Of a stretch of 64,000 nt of DNA, positions 17,536 through 27,596 are shown in pieces. Each line of letters begins with the position of its first letter. The stretch's first letter is position 1. This DNA comes from an uncultured Pseudomonadota bacterium. Its GTDB lineage: Bacteria; Pseudomonadota; Gammaproteobacteria; Xanthomonadales; Rhodanobacteraceae. The stretch is taken from the NCBI GenBank assembly GCA_963711075.1, contig CAVQCW010000008.1, positions 37,136-101,135 of the forward strand, given 5' to 3'. A program made the translations under genes and the position numbers. Under the pieces are notes generated by a model. That model searched no databases. It worked only from the letters and a program-made list of their open reading frames with translations, and was not told the DNA's origin.

Positions 17536-18692
17536 TGGGCAGTCTCCAGCGGTACCCACGCATCCAGCGCGAAGCCACGGTCGCGTGCAGTCGAGATATT
17601 CAAGCGTCCGCCGATCTGGACCAGACGTTCGCGCATCCCGGTCAATCCGTTGCCCTGACGCAAATTGCCAGCGCCATGACCGTCGTCACGCGCGTGGATG
17701 GCCAACTCGTTCGACGCGGTTCGCTCGAAGCGCAGCCAGAGATTGCGCGCGTCGGCGTGGCGCACGGTGTTGGTGATGATTTCCTGCGCACAGCGCAACA
17801 ATACCTGGGCACGACGCGGATCATCGACCGCGAATCGCGGCGGCAACTCCAGATGAATCGCCAGACCCGGCACCCCTTCGACAAGGGTCTTCAATGCCTG
17901 GGTAAGGTCGATCGCATCGTCGTCGCGCAACTGGCTGACCACCTCGCGCACATCGGTCAGCAACAATCGCGCAACGGATTGGGCCTTGCGAACGTGCTCC
18001 TGGGCGCCTCCGCTCACCAGATGACTGGCTACTTCGAGGTTCAGGCTCAGCGCAGTCAGATGATGACCGACCAGATCGTGCAACTCGCGCGAAATACGCA
18101 TGCGCTCGCCGATGCGGCTGGATTCCGTCAGCAGCGTCCGTGTCGCGCGCAATTCGGAATTCAGACGGCGCAGTTCTTCACGCGAATCGGTCTGTTGCTT
18201 GGCCACCAGCGAAGTGACATAGGTGAACACCGAAAATCCGAGATACAGCGTGCATTGTACAAGCGCGTCATTCACGGAATAGTTCGCAGAGCGCGCGAAC
18301 ACAGGTACCAGGGTGAAATTCTGCGACAACACCCAGAGCACACCAGGCCAGAACGGCAATGTCCATGGCACGACACCGGCTATGACCAGAAACAGGATCG
18401 CCGAGATGCCGCTTTGACTGAACCAGCCGATGGCAAACGCGGCAATATTCATGGCCACCAGCAACGGCACGCGCTGCAGGCGTGAATCGCGACGCCCGAG
18501 CGCGCGCGTTGCCAGCCAGTAGGCAACACCGAAACACGCGTAGGCGACGCACCAGCCGATGTAATCGGCCGAACCCGTCGCTACACCTTCGGATCGAAAC
18601 GAACTGCTCAACAAGGGCACGCCGGTACACGCATAGGTGAACAAACCGGCGAAGCGCAGCAACTGGATATGGTTGATGGTGGAAAAACGCAT
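17532..18692 (-). CDS. Sensor histidine kinase (HisKA_3/NarX-LiaS type) with polytopic N-terminal membrane domain
   Basis: H-box RISRELHDLVGHHL, plus N and G boxes (NTVRHADA, DDGHG, GNGLTGMRER). Confidence 0.9.
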   Translation of the reverse strand: MRFSTINHIQLLRFAGLFTYACTGVPLLSSSFRSEGVATGSADYIGWCVAYACFGVAYWLATRALGRRDSRLQRVPLLVAMNIAAFAIGWFSQSGISAILFLVIAGVVPWTLPFWPGVLWVLSQNFTLVPVFARSANYSVNDALVQCTLYLGFSVFTYVTSLVAKQQTDSREELRRLNSELRATRTLLTESSRIGERMRISRELHDLVGHHLTALSLNLEVASHLVSGGAQEHVRKAQSVARLLLTDVREVVSQLRDDDAIDLTQALKTLVEGVPGLAIHLELPPRFAVDDPRRAQVLLRCAQEIITNTVRHADARNLWLRFERTASNELAIHARDDGHGAGNLRQGNGLTGMRERLVQIGGRLNISTARDRGFALDAWVPLETAQ

Positions 18693-18967
18693 GCGTGCAT
18701 CATAGACCCACGCAGCCCTACCAGCACCTGCCCTTGGTCACTGTGCCGGCAATCGGCACGGGAAATACGCGACCGGCGGGGGCCAACGACCGCGCGCCGT
18801 GCATGCTCCGATTCCCCCTTCGCGGTTCCCGATTCCGGGCAATTAACGAAAAAGCCATTCTTTCGACATGGTTTGCGATGGTTGCGCATGCCATAATCGC
18901 GCCCCTCGAAAATACACGCCTCTAAAAGAATGTGTAGTCGCCGCCTGCCTCGTGGAGCAACACACGC

Positions 18968-19579
18968 ATGACCTTGAACATCCGCGACGTCCGCGAACAC
19001 GAGATGGACGCCGTACTCGCGCTCAACAATGCCGCAGGCGCTTCCATCCTGGCGTTGGACATGGCGCAATTGCGCGTACTGGCGGAGCAGGCCGCGTATT
19101 TCAGGGTCGCTGAAGCCGATGGCCAACTCGCCGGGTTTCTCGTGGCGCTGCGCGAAGATGCCAATTACACCAGTCCAAATTTCCGCTGGTTCCGCGAACG
19201 CTACGAACAATTCCTCTACATCGACCGCATCGTGATCGCGCGCGCCTATCGGCGCATCGGTCTGGGCCGCGTGTTCTACGCCGATGTAACGAGCTTCGCC
19301 GAAGTGCGCGTGCCCCTGCTTGCCTGTGAGGTTTTCCTGGAACCGCGCGACGATGTTGCCGTGCTGTTTCATGGCACCTACGGCTTCCAGGAAGTCGGCC
19401 AGCAATTGATGGCAGAAGTGAATCGCCACGTGGCCTTGCTGGCCAAGGAGCTGCCCAGCTTCGCCTACGTGCGCGACACCTATCTGCTCGGACCTTCGGC
19501 CGGCCTGCCCGCTCAACCATGGCTTGCCGAACGCGCTACTGCTGACCCGCAACGCGCGCGCGCGGCGGGCGAAAACTAG
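18968..19579 (+). CDS. GNAT family N-acetyltransferase
   Basis: Acetyl-CoA binding block IVIARAYRRIGLGRVFY in a roughly 200-aa protein. Confidence 0.75.
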   Translation: MTLNIRDVREHEMDAVLALNNAAGASILALDMAQLRVLAEQAAYFRVAEADGQLAGFLVALREDANYTSPNFRWFRERYEQFLYIDRIVIARAYRRIGLGRVFYADVTSFAEVRVPLLACEVFLEPRDDVAVLFHGTYGFQEVGQQLMAEVNRHVALLAKELPSFAYVRDTYLLGPSAGLPAQPWLAERATADPQRARAAGEN

Positions 19580-19592
19580 AACTCAGGCACGG

Positions 19593-20315
19593 ATGCGCCC
19601 CGATTCCGGAAACTCCATCGAACCGATTTTCGAGCTCAAATTCGGCCAGGTCGGCATTGCGAATCTGCGCCTGCACGTGTGCGATGCGCAAGCGCTGCAC
19701 GACGAAATCCAGCGCCGGGTACGGACCGCGCCGACGCTGTTCGAGCGCGCGCCTCTCGTTATCGATCTGGGCAGCCTGGCGAGGCTGCCCGACATCGTTG
19801 CAGCGCGCGCATTGCTGGACGCAGTGCACAGTGCCGGCATGCTCCCGGTCGGCCTTGCCTATGGCTCACCCGAAAACGAACACCTCGCGCGCGAACTCAA
19901 CCTGCCCTTGTTCGCGAAATTCCGCGCCGCCGCATCCAGCGGGGTCGAAAAAGACCCGGCTGCCGCGCATTCCCCGCCGGCGCCGGGTCTGAGTGGCCGG
20001 CATCACGACAAACCGGTGCGTTCCGGGCAGCAGATCTACGCGCAAGGCCGCGATCTCGTCCTCAACGCCACGGTCGGCAACGGCGCGGAAGTTATCGCTG
20101 ACGGCTCGATCCACGTATACGGCAGACTCAGCGGCCGCGCCATGGCGGGTGCGCAGGGTGAAACGGGCGCGCGCATTTACTGCATGGATTTCCAGGCCGA
20201 ACTGCTGTCGATCGCGGGCTGCTACCGTGTGTTCGAGGAATTTCCGGCCGAACTGCACGGCAAACCCGTGCAGGCATGGCTGGAAGGAGAAAAGCTGCTT
20301 GTTGCCGCATTGTAA
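19593..20315 (+). CDS. minC: Septum site-determining protein MinC
   Basis: FELKFGQV...LVIDL N-domain and a C-terminal beta-helix (RSGQQIYAQGRDLVLNATVGNGAEVIADGSIHVYGRLSGRA). It precedes minD and minE. Confidence 0.9.
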   Translation: MRPDSGNSIEPIFELKFGQVGIANLRLHVCDAQALHDEIQRRVRTAPTLFERAPLVIDLGSLARLPDIVAARALLDAVHSAGMLPVGLAYGSPENEHLARELNLPLFAKFRAAASSGVEKDPAAAHSPPAPGLSGRHHDKPVRSGQQIYAQGRDLVLNATVGNGAEVIADGSIHVYGRLSGRAMAGAQGETGARIYCMDFQAELLSIAGCYRVFEEFPAELHGKPVQAWLEGEKLLVAAL

Positions 20316-20354
20316 ATATCTAGACCTTGCAACAAAACCATCGGAGATCGCATC

Positions 20355-21167
20355 TTGACTGAATTCATCGTCGTCACTTCCGGCAAGGGCGGAGTCGGCA
20401 AGACCACCACCAGTGCCAGCGTTGCCGTAGGCCTTGCCTGTCACGGCAGGAAAGTCGCCGTCATCGACTTCGACGTCGGTCTGCGCAACCTCGATCTGAT
20501 CATGGGCTGCGAGCGCCGCGTGGTCTATGATTTCGTCAACGTCATCCAGGGCGATTGCACGCTCAGACAGGCGTTGATCAAGGACAAGCGCCACGAGAAC
20601 CTTTTTGTGCTCGCCGCATCGCAGACCCGCGACAAGGAAGCGTTAACCCAGGACGGCGTCGAACGCGTGCTCAATGAATTGCGCGACGACGGCTTCGACT
20701 ACGTGGTGTGCGATTCTCCTGCCGGAATCGAAAAAGGTGCATTCCTGGCGATGTATTTCGCCGATCGCGCGATCGTCGTGGTCAATCCCGAAGTTTCGTC
20801 GGTGCGCGACTCGGATCGCATTCTCGGCCTGCTCGCGAGCAAGACCCGGCGTGCCGAACTCGGCGCCGCCCCGATCGAACAGCACTTGTTGCTGACCCGC
20901 TACAACCCGGCGCGCGTTGCCGATGGCGACATGCTCAGCATCGACGACGTCAAGGAAATCCTCGGCATCGAAATCGTCGGCGTGATTCCCGAATCCGAAG
21001 GCGTATTGAGCGCGTCTAACGCCGGCGTGCCGGTGATACTCGACGAGGAATCCAACGCCGGGCACGCCTATGCCGACGCCGTCGCCCGGTTGCTCGGCGA
21101 ACAGCGGCCGATGCGCTTCCTCGACGCACCGAAGAAGGGTTTTCTCTCACGCATGTTCGGAGGCTGA
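20355..21167 (+). CDS. minD: Septum site-determining ATPase MinD (TTG start)
   Basis: Deviant Walker [11 protein letters not shown], and a C-terminal amphipathic helix [11 protein letters not shown]. Confidence 0.95.
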   Translation: MTEFIVVTSGKGGVGKTTTSASVAVGLACHGRKVAVIDFDVGLRNLDLIMGCERRVVYDFVNVIQGDCTLRQALIKDKRHENLFVLAASQTRDKEALTQDGVERVLNELRDDGFDYVVCDSPAGIEKGAFLAMYFADRAIVVVNPEVSSVRDSDRILGLLASKTRRAELGAAPIEQHLLLTRYNPARVADGDMLSIDDVKEILGIEIVGVIPESEGVLSASNAGVPVILDEESNAGHAYADAVARLLGEQRPMRFLDAPKKGFLSRMFGG

Positions 21168-21168
21168 C

Positions 21169-21438
21169 ATGGGTATCCTCGATTTCCTGCGTGCGCGTCC
21201 GAAACACACTGCATCGATCGCCAAGGAACGCCTGCGCATCATCGTCGCGCAGGAGCGCGCGGAACGCGACAGCCCGGATTATCTGCCGCTGCTGCGTCGC
21301 GAATTGCTCGAAGTCATCAAGAAGTACGTCAACGTCGACCCGGACGCAGTCACCGTCAATGTCGAACGCGACGGCGGGCATGAGGTGCTGGAACTGAGCG
21401 TGGCCTTGCCGGAACATGCGGCGCGGGCCGAGGGCTGA
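21169..21438 (+). CDS. minE: Cell division topological specificity factor MinE
   Basis: MGILDFLR...[15 protein letters not shown] is the conserved MinE N-terminus. The gene is adjacent to the minD stop. Confidence 0.92.
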   Translation: MGILDFLRARPKHTASIAKERLRIIVAQERAERDSPDYLPLLRRELLEVIKKYVNVDPDAVTVNVERDGGHEVLELSVALPEHAARAEG

Positions 21439-21533
21439 GAGCCGGGCAGAAACGCATCAAGTATCATCAATGCAGCGCAGGCGGGAATGACGGGTTCTGG
21501 ATTTCCCGAGTTGCGAGTCCGGCGGTACGCACA

Positions 21534-22001
21534 ATGCCTTGCCAACAGCCCATGCTCCTTGTCTCCCACATCGACATCAACGCTGCCACGGCCCTGCTCG
21601 CACGGCACGACCTGAAACTGGTGCTGGTAGGCGATCACGCACCGATCCCCGGCAGTTTTTGGGGCGAACCGGAAGCCGGCGTGATCGGCAGCTGCGTCTA
21701 TGTGCGCCTCGACACGCCCGTGCATTCCGTGTTGCATGAAGCCTGTCACCTGATCGTTGCCGCACCTGATCGGCGCGCGCAGATCCACACCGACGCGTCC
21801 GATTCGCAGGCCGAGGAAGACGCCGCGTGCTATCTGCAGATTGCGCTGGCCGATGCCATTCCCGGCGTGGGCAGCGCGCGGCTGATGACGGACATGGACG
21901 CGTGGGGCTACAGCTTTCGCCTGGGATCGGCGCGAGCATGGTTCGAAACCGACGCCGACGATGTGCGCGATTGGTTGCAGCAACGCGGCTTGCTGTCGTA
22001 A
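21534..22001 (+). CDS. Hypothetical protein carrying an HExxH motif (LHEACHL)
   Basis: 155-aa ORF with normal composition. No family recognised. Confidence 0.5.
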   Translation: MPCQQPMLLVSHIDINAATALLARHDLKLVLVGDHAPIPGSFWGEPEAGVIGSCVYVRLDTPVHSVLHEACHLIVAAPDRRAQIHTDASDSQAEEDAACYLQIALADAIPGVGSARLMTDMDAWGYSFRLGSARAWFETDADDVRDWLQQRGLLS

Positions 22002-22086
22002 ATCCCCGATCGGCTTGCGCCCGCGCGACGCCCGCACTAGTGTAGTGCTTCACTAACCTGCACATCCCATTGACAGGAATCGACCC

Positions 22087-22326
22087 ATGCAACGCTGGCT
22101 GAAACTTCCCGACGGCCGCTACCTCGACGCCAACAGTATCGTCTATGTAAGCAAGGTGGAAACCTACCCGCGACTGGACGACGACGGCAACGAGGCCGGG
22201 CAAGGTTATGTGGTCAATCTCGGCACCGGGATTCCGCGCGACCAGCAACTCACGGCGATGGGAACCAAGGAGGAAATCCTTGCTTTGTTGAAAGCGTTGC
22301 TCGGCGCGGGCGCAGCGACAAGCTGA
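22087..22326 (+). CDS. Hypothetical small protein (79 aa)
   Basis: ORF with balanced, non-Arg-rich composition in an otherwise empty interval. No family recognised. Confidence 0.4.
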   Translation: MQRWLKLPDGRYLDANSIVYVSKVETYPRLDDDGNEAGQGYVVNLGTGIPRDQQLTAMGTKEEILALLKALLGAGAATS

Positions 22327-22390
22327 AGGCCTGCCGGATTCCCGTCAGACACGCGCGCGATTGCATACTGGCAATGACGCTGCCCATGCC

Positions 22391-23572
22391 GTGAGCCAAT
22401 CCTTCGATGTCGCGATCATCGGTGCCGGCGCCGCCGGCCTGATGTGCGCGATCGCCGCCGCTCGACGCGGCCGGCGCGTGCTCGTCATGGAACACACCAA
22501 CCGCGTCGGCAAGAAGATTTTGATGTCGGGCGGCGGGCGCTGCAACTTCACCAACATCGGCACGTCTCCGGCGAATTTCCTTTCCGCGAATCCGCATTTC
22601 TGCAAGTCGGCGCTTGCACGGTTCCGACCCGATGACTTCATCGCCATGGTCGAAAGCCACGGCATCGCATACCACGAAAAGGAACTCGGCCAATTGTTCT
22701 GCGACGATTCGTCCAGGCAGATCGTGCGCATGCTTGTCGACGAATGTGCGGCGGCGAACGTGTGCATCCTGACGGACTGCACGATCACAAACGTGCTGCA
22801 TGACGCGCCCGTATTCCGGCTCGATGCGAATCCGGGAAAGTTCAGCGCGAATGCACTGGTTGTCGCCAGCGGTGGACTTTCGATTCCGCGCATGGGTGCG
22901 AGCGGATTCGGTTACGACCTGGCGCGTCAGTTCGGTCATCGCATCGTGCCGACGCGCGCAGGTCTGGTGCCGCTGACATTGAGCGGCACGCACCAGCAGC
23001 GTCTGGCCGATCTTGCCGGCGTAGCCGTGCCGATCGAAGCGCGCTGCAATGACGCGAGTTTCCGCAATTTCATGTTGATCACGCATCGCGGCGTCAGCGG
23101 ACCGGCGATTCTGCAGATTTCCTCGTTCTGGAATCCCGGCGACGATTTGCGCCTGGATCTGCTGCCGGACACGCCAGCGCCGGATTGGTTGTTTGAGCAA
23201 CTGGCGCAGCGCCCGGCAGCGGAATTCAAGACCGTGCTCGCCGAACGCCTGCCGAAACGCTTTGCGCAGCGACTGTGCGAACACTGGCTTCCGAACAAGC
23301 CTTTGCGCCAATTAGGACAAACGCAACTGCGCGAAATTGCTGCGCAACTGTCCGACTGGCCGTTGATCGCCAGCGGCACCGAAGGATATCGCACCGCAGA
23401 AGTCACGCTCGGCGGTGTGGATACCAACGAACTTTCTTCGACCGACATGCAATCCCGACGCGTGCCCGGACTTTATTTCATCGGCGAAGTGATCGATGTG
23501 AGTGGATGGCTGGGCGGCTATAACTTTCAATGGGCGTGGGCGTCCGGACACGCTTGCGGCAATGCACTCTGA
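22391..23572 (+). CDS. YhiN/HI0933-family NAD(P)/FAD-dependent oxidoreductase
   Basis: Dinucleotide fold FDVAIIGAGAAGLMCA, GGGRCNFTN, and C-terminal GEVIDVSGWLGGYNFQWAW. Start uncertain (GTG 22391 or TTG 22361). Confidence 0.88.
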   Translation: MSQSFDVAIIGAGAAGLMCAIAAARRGRRVLVMEHTNRVGKKILMSGGGRCNFTNIGTSPANFLSANPHFCKSALARFRPDDFIAMVESHGIAYHEKELGQLFCDDSSRQIVRMLVDECAAANVCILTDCTITNVLHDAPVFRLDANPGKFSANALVVASGGLSIPRMGASGFGYDLARQFGHRIVPTRAGLVPLTLSGTHQQRLADLAGVAVPIEARCNDASFRNFMLITHRGVSGPAILQISSFWNPGDDLRLDLLPDTPAPDWLFEQLAQRPAAEFKTVLAERLPKRFAQRLCEHWLPNKPLRQLGQTQLREIAAQLSDWPLIASGTEGYRTAEVTLGGVDTNELSSTDMQSRRVPGLYFIGEVIDVSGWLGGYNFQWAWASGHACGNAL

Positions 23573-23625
23573 GCGTGCGTATCGCCTTGACACTTGCACA
23601 GGTCAATGCGCTACTATTCGTCAAC

Positions 23626-23682
23626 ACTCGGGAGATGGCATTCCTCCCCGAACCGCCGCAAGGCTGATGATGCCTACCCGAG
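23626..23682 (+). promoter_or_regulatory. Fluoride riboswitch (crcB-motif RNA)
   Basis: GGGAGAUGGCAUUCCUCCCCGAACCGCCGCAAGGCUGAUGAUGCCUAC matches the conserved crcB-motif blocks GGnGAUGG..UUCCUCC..AACCGCC..GCUGAUGAUGCCUAC. It lies about 95 nt upstream of crcB. Confidence 0.9.
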
Positions 23683-23773
23683 CCGGGCAACCCGGCGCTC
23701 GTAGGTGTCGCCGCAAGACGACAAGCCTGCGCGCGCGTGGTTCCCGCACCGAACAAGGACGCGAGGAACCGAC

Positions 23774-24166
23774 ATGACACTCATTGCATTTCTGGCCGTA
23801 GGCGGGGGCGCTTTTTTCGGTGCCGGCCTTCGCTATGCGCTGGGTCTGGCATTAAATCCGGTTTTTCCGACGTTGCCGCTCGGCACGCTCGCCGCGAACC
23901 TTCTCGGTGGCCTGATCATGGGCCTGGCAATGGCGCTGTTCGCGCAATTCCAGGCGTTGCCGCCGGAACTGCGGCTGTTTCTCGCCACCGGATTTCTCGG
24001 CGGACTGACCACGTTCTCAACTTTCTCCGCGGAAACGCTGACACTAATGCTGCGACATGAATATCTATGGGCACTGGCACTGATCAGTGCGCACCTGATC
24101 GGCACGCTGAGCATGACGTTTCTCGGTTTCATCCTGGTTCAAGGCATCGCGAGGGCATGGGCATGA
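23774..24166 (+). CDS. crcB: Fluoride channel CrcB/Fluc
   Basis: 130 aa, four TM helices. Conserved GG..GA..RY near the N-terminus and GFLGGLTTFSTF in TM3. Confidence 0.93.
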   Translation: MTLIAFLAVGGGAFFGAGLRYALGLALNPVFPTLPLGTLAANLLGGLIMGLAMALFAQFQALPPELRLFLATGFLGGLTTFSTFSAETLTLMLRHEYLWALALISAHLIGTLSMTFLGFILVQGIARAWA

Positions 24167-24492
24167 CCAGTCAGCAAGGCGCATACCTGCGCTTTTTCGT
24201 ACACGAGAATCGTCGCCATCACGGCGTCCTGCTCTACGAGTGGTTGCTCGAGCAGGCAAAGAAGATGGGAATCCACGGCGGCAGCGCGTTTCGCGCGATC
24301 GCCGGTTTCGGTCGACACGGCGTCATGCACGAGCAGCACTTCTTCGAGCTGGCCGGCGACCTGACTGTGCGCATCGATTTCGTCGTCGGCGCCGACGAGG
24401 CGGATCGCCTGCTCAAATTTGTCGCCGACGAAAATTTGTCGATTTTCTATGCCCGGCTGGCGACGGAATTCGGCACCACCGGAGTGGACTGA
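24163..24492 (+). CDS. DUF190 (PII-like) protein, a common crcB neighbour
   Basis: LRFFVHENRRHHG.LLYEWLLEQAKKMGIHGGSAFRAIAGFG pattern. ATGA overlap with crcB. Confidence 0.8.
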   Translation: MTSQQGAYLRFFVHENRRHHGVLLYEWLLEQAKKMGIHGGSAFRAIAGFGRHGVMHEQHFFELAGDLTVRIDFVVGADEADRLLKFVADENLSIFYARLATEFGTTGVD

Positions 24493-24496
24493 ATCC

Positions 24497-25438
24497 ATGC
24501 GCGATATTCTGGCCCAGATCGCGCAGGTACTCACGGTATTGCTGCTGGCGCCGCTGCTGCAGGGATTCATCCATCGCTACGAAGAACGTGTGCAGCGCAG
24601 CCGCGGCCCGTCGCTGCTGCAGCCATATCGCGACCTTATCAAATTGTTGCGCAAGCAACTGGTCGTTCCGGAATCGGCGACCTGGGTATTCTGGACCGCT
24701 CCGATCGTCGCGTTTACGGCAATGCTGACCGTGCCGATCCTGATTCCGGTACTGACCAATTACCCGCTGCCGTTGTCGGACATGGGCGACATCCTCGGCG
24801 GTGGACTGATCCTTACGGTCGGCAGCTTCTTCGTGAATCTGGCCGCTCTCGACAGCGGCAGCGCATACGGTGGCATCGGCAGCAGCCGCACGGTCATGCT
24901 CACGATCCTGGCCGAGCCGACGCTGATTCTGGTATTCGTGGGGATCACGCTGATGGCGCAATCGATGCTGCCCTTCGTTGTCAATCATCTACTGGTCGCG
25001 CAGCCGGCGGTGTACTGGAATCCGACTCATCTGTTTCTGGTGATGGCGTTTTTCGTGCTGCTGCTGGTTGAAACCGATCGCCTGCCGATCCACTCGAGCA
25101 CGCATATCGAGGTGTACATGATCGAGGAAGCGCGCATCCTCGAATACTCCGGGCCGCTGCTGGCGTTGCTGAAGTGGGCATCGGCGATGAAGCAGTTCAT
25201 TCTCTACACGATCTTCGTCAACGTGCTGCTGTTGCCGTGGGGGCTATCGAAAACCGGCAGCGTGCCTGGCATCGGTGGCAGCGCGCTGGCGTTGCTGATG
25301 AAATTGGCATTGGTCGCGCTGGCCGTGATCGGCGTGGAGACGATGCAGTCGCGCCTGCGCTTTTACCGCTACCAGGAACCCCTGGCCGCGGCATTTCTTT
25401 TCGCCGTGCTCGCGGTAATCGCCAATCAAATTCGCTGA
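24497..25438 (+). CDS. HyfC/HycD-like (NuoH-like) membrane subunit
   Basis: Aligns by eye to E. coli HyfC blocks (RGP..Q.YRD..KL; EYSG..LAL.KW). It starts 4 nt after the DUF190 stop. Confidence 0.88.
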   Translation: MRDILAQIAQVLTVLLLAPLLQGFIHRYEERVQRSRGPSLLQPYRDLIKLLRKQLVVPESATWVFWTAPIVAFTAMLTVPILIPVLTNYPLPLSDMGDILGGGLILTVGSFFVNLAALDSGSAYGGIGSSRTVMLTILAEPTLILVFVGITLMAQSMLPFVVNHLLVAQPAVYWNPTHLFLVMAFFVLLLVETDRLPIHSSTHIEVYMIEEARILEYSGPLLALLKWASAMKQFILYTIFVNVLLLPWGLSKTGSVPGIGGSALALLMKLALVALAVIGVETMQSRLRFYRYQEPLAAAFLFAVLAVIANQIR

Positions 25439-25455
25439 CTGGAGCCGGCTGACCT

Positions 25456-26136
25456 ATGCTCGCCGCGAATCTCGATCCACTTGCCGCTTCGCTGTTCAGT
25501 CTGCTTGCCATTGGCTGCCTGGTGCTGGCGTTCGTGATGCTCGGCTCGCGCTGGCTCAAGGACTATCTGTATGCGTTCGCCGCGCAGTCCTGGCTGATCG
25601 CGCTGTTGTCGGCAGCGATCGGCTATTACGGTCACTACCGCGAGCTCTATGCGATTGCGGTACTGACCGCATTGTTCCGCGGACTGGTGCTGCCGTGGCT
25701 CGTGCTGCGCATTTTGCGGCGCATGCACGTGACCCGCGAATTGCATCCCATACTGCAACCATCGACCAGCCTGCTGATCGGCGCGGTCGCTGTGGTGTTT
25801 GCCTTGATCGTCGCCACGCGCATCTCTGCGTCTTTGGGCCTGACCCAGAACATTGTCGTGCTGGCACTGACCGTGATGCTGTCGATGAAAATGATCGGCT
25901 TGCTGATTCTGGCTTTGCGTCGAGAAGCAATCAGCCAGATTCTCGGCATCATGCTGCTGGAAAACGGCATATTTCTCGGCTCGCAGATTCTGGTGCCGGG
26001 CATGCCGATGCTGATCGAACTGGTGCTGCTGTTCGATCTGCTGGTCGCCGTCGCCTGTTTCGGCGTGCTCGTGCGCTACCTGATCACGCATGTCGGCAGT
26101 ACCAGCAGTCGGGAATTGCAGAGGCTGACCGGATGA
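25456..26136 (+). CDS. HyfE-like (NuoK-related) membrane subunit
   Basis: ILGIMLLENGIFLGS and the C-terminal ..LQRLTG mirror HyfE IFGYCLMENGSHL and ..LTALKG. Confidence 0.85.
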   Translation: MLAANLDPLAASLFSLLAIGCLVLAFVMLGSRWLKDYLYAFAAQSWLIALLSAAIGYYGHYRELYAIAVLTALFRGLVLPWLVLRILRRMHVTRELHPILQPSTSLLIGAVAVVFALIVATRISASLGLTQNIVVLALTVMLSMKMIGLLILALRREAISQILGIMLLENGIFLGSQILVPGMPMLIELVLLFDLLVAVACFGVLVRYLITHVGSTSSRELQRLTG

Positions 26137-27596
26137 TGATCGATCCGCGCCTGCTCGTCGTATTGATCGCACCACTCGTCGCGATCGTCGTTGCGCTGGC
26201 ATCGCGCCGCGCGCGCGTGGCCGAATGGGCGAACCTGCTCGCCGCCATTGCGGTGTTCATCGCCGCGCTGTCGCTGCCGTTTGTCGCCGCGTCGCCGCGG
26301 ACTTTCGCGGCAGGATATCTTTTTCTCGACGAACTCGGTGCCTGGGTACTGCTGTGCGTGGCCGTGGTTTACCTGCTCGCCTCGTTGCACGCGGTCGGCT
26401 ACATGCGCAGCGACCCGACGCACGACCGGCGCCTGCCGCAGTTCTACGCGCTTTTCGCGGCCTTCGCCCTGACCATGCTGTTCGCGCCGCTGGTCGCCAA
26501 TTTGGGGGTGTACTGGATCGCGATCGAACTGACCACGCTGGTCAGCACGTTCCTGGTCGGCTTCGAGCGCCGCGCGACGAGCATGGAAGCAGCATGGAAA
26601 TACATCATCATCGTCTCGGCCGGTATCAGTCTGGCCCTGCTCGGCACCATAGTGCTGTACTGGGGCGGCAGTCTGGTGCTCGGACCAACCTACGATCTCA
26701 CCTGGCAGTCGTTGGCGGCAGTCGCGCCGCGCATGAATCCAATGTTGTTGCGGCTGGGATTTTTGCTGATGCTGATCGGCTACGCAGTCAAGGTCGGTCT
26801 TGCGCCCATGCACAGTTGGCTGCCGGACGCCCACAGCGAAGCGCCCGCTCCGGTGTCCGCGATGCTTTCCGGTGCGCTTCTCAATACGGCGATGCTCGGC
26901 ATCGTGCGCACGCTGGCCGCGACCGACGCAGCCGCCGCCGGCACCATGCCGCACGCGGCATTGATCGTGCTCGGCGTGCTTTCGATTCTGATCGGTGCGC
27001 TGTTCATCGTGCGCCAACGCGACATCAAACGGCTGATGGCCTATTCCAGCGTCGAACACATGGGCATCATCGCCTTGGGTTTCGGTTTCGGCGGCGTATT
27101 CGGCGTCGCTGGCGCCCTTTACCAGATGCTCAACCACTCATTGAACAAGTCGCTGCTGTTTTTCGGCGCCGGCAATGTCATGCGCCGATACGGAACCACG
27201 AAGATCGGCGAGATCCGGGACGTGTTGTCGCAGTTTCCGGTATCCGGCCCGCTGTGGCTGATGGGTGCGATCGCGATCACGGGCGCGCCGCCATTCGGCC
27301 CGTTTCTTGGCGAGCTGAGCGTCCTGCGCGCCGGCTGGAGCGGCATCTGTCTGTGGGCTTCGGCAACCATGCTGATTGCGCTGATCGTGATCTTCATCGG
27401 CTTCCTGAATCATTTTCGCGTCATGTATTTCGGCGAGCCGTTATCCGATCCGCCAACCGGGATACGCACGCCGGCTATCAGCATCTTGCCAATGTGGATC
27501 GCGGCGATCGCGTTGCTGGTGTTCGGACTGTGGTGGCCACAAAGCCTGCGCGGTTTGTTCGGCAACATCGCCGCCAGTCTGGGAGCCACGCCATGA
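26133..27596 (+). CDS. HyfF/HyfD-like antiporter-type (NuoN/M-like) membrane subunit
   Basis: Proton-conducting membrane transporter blocks (GLAPMHSWLPDAHSEAP, MAYSSVEHMG). ATGA overlap with the previous gene. Confidence 0.88.
   Translation: MMIDPRLLVVLIAPLVAIVVALASRRARVAEWANLLAAIAVFIAALSLPFVAASPRTFAAGYLFLDELGAWVLLCVAVVYLLASLHAVGYMRSDPTHDRRLPQFYALFAAFALTMLFAPLVANLGVYWIAIELTTLVSTFLVGFERRATSMEAAWKYIIIVSAGISLALLGTIVLYWGGSLVLGPTYDLTWQSLAAVAPRMNPMLLRLGFLLMLIGYAVKVGLAPMHSWLPDAHSEAPAPVSAMLSGALLNTAMLGIVRTLAATDAAAAGTMPHAALIVLGVLSILIGALFIVRQRDIKRLMAYSSVEHMGIIALGFGFGGVFGVAGALYQMLNHSLNKSLLFFGAGNVMRRYGTTKIGEIRDVLSQFPVSGPLWLMGAIAITGAPPFGPFLGELSVLRAGWSGICLWASATMLIALIVIFIGFLNHFRVMYFGEPLSDPPTGIRTPAISILPMWIAAIALLVFGLWWPQSLRGLFGNIAASLGATP

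Noticed and set aside
23587-23617. A sigma-70-like promoter (TTGACA at 23587-23592 and TACTAT at 23612-23617) upstream of the fluoride riboswitch.
   Set aside because: The spacer is 19 nt, which is longer than optimal, and the -10 element matches only 4 of 6. It is plausible but too weak to list as a feature without transcript-start data.
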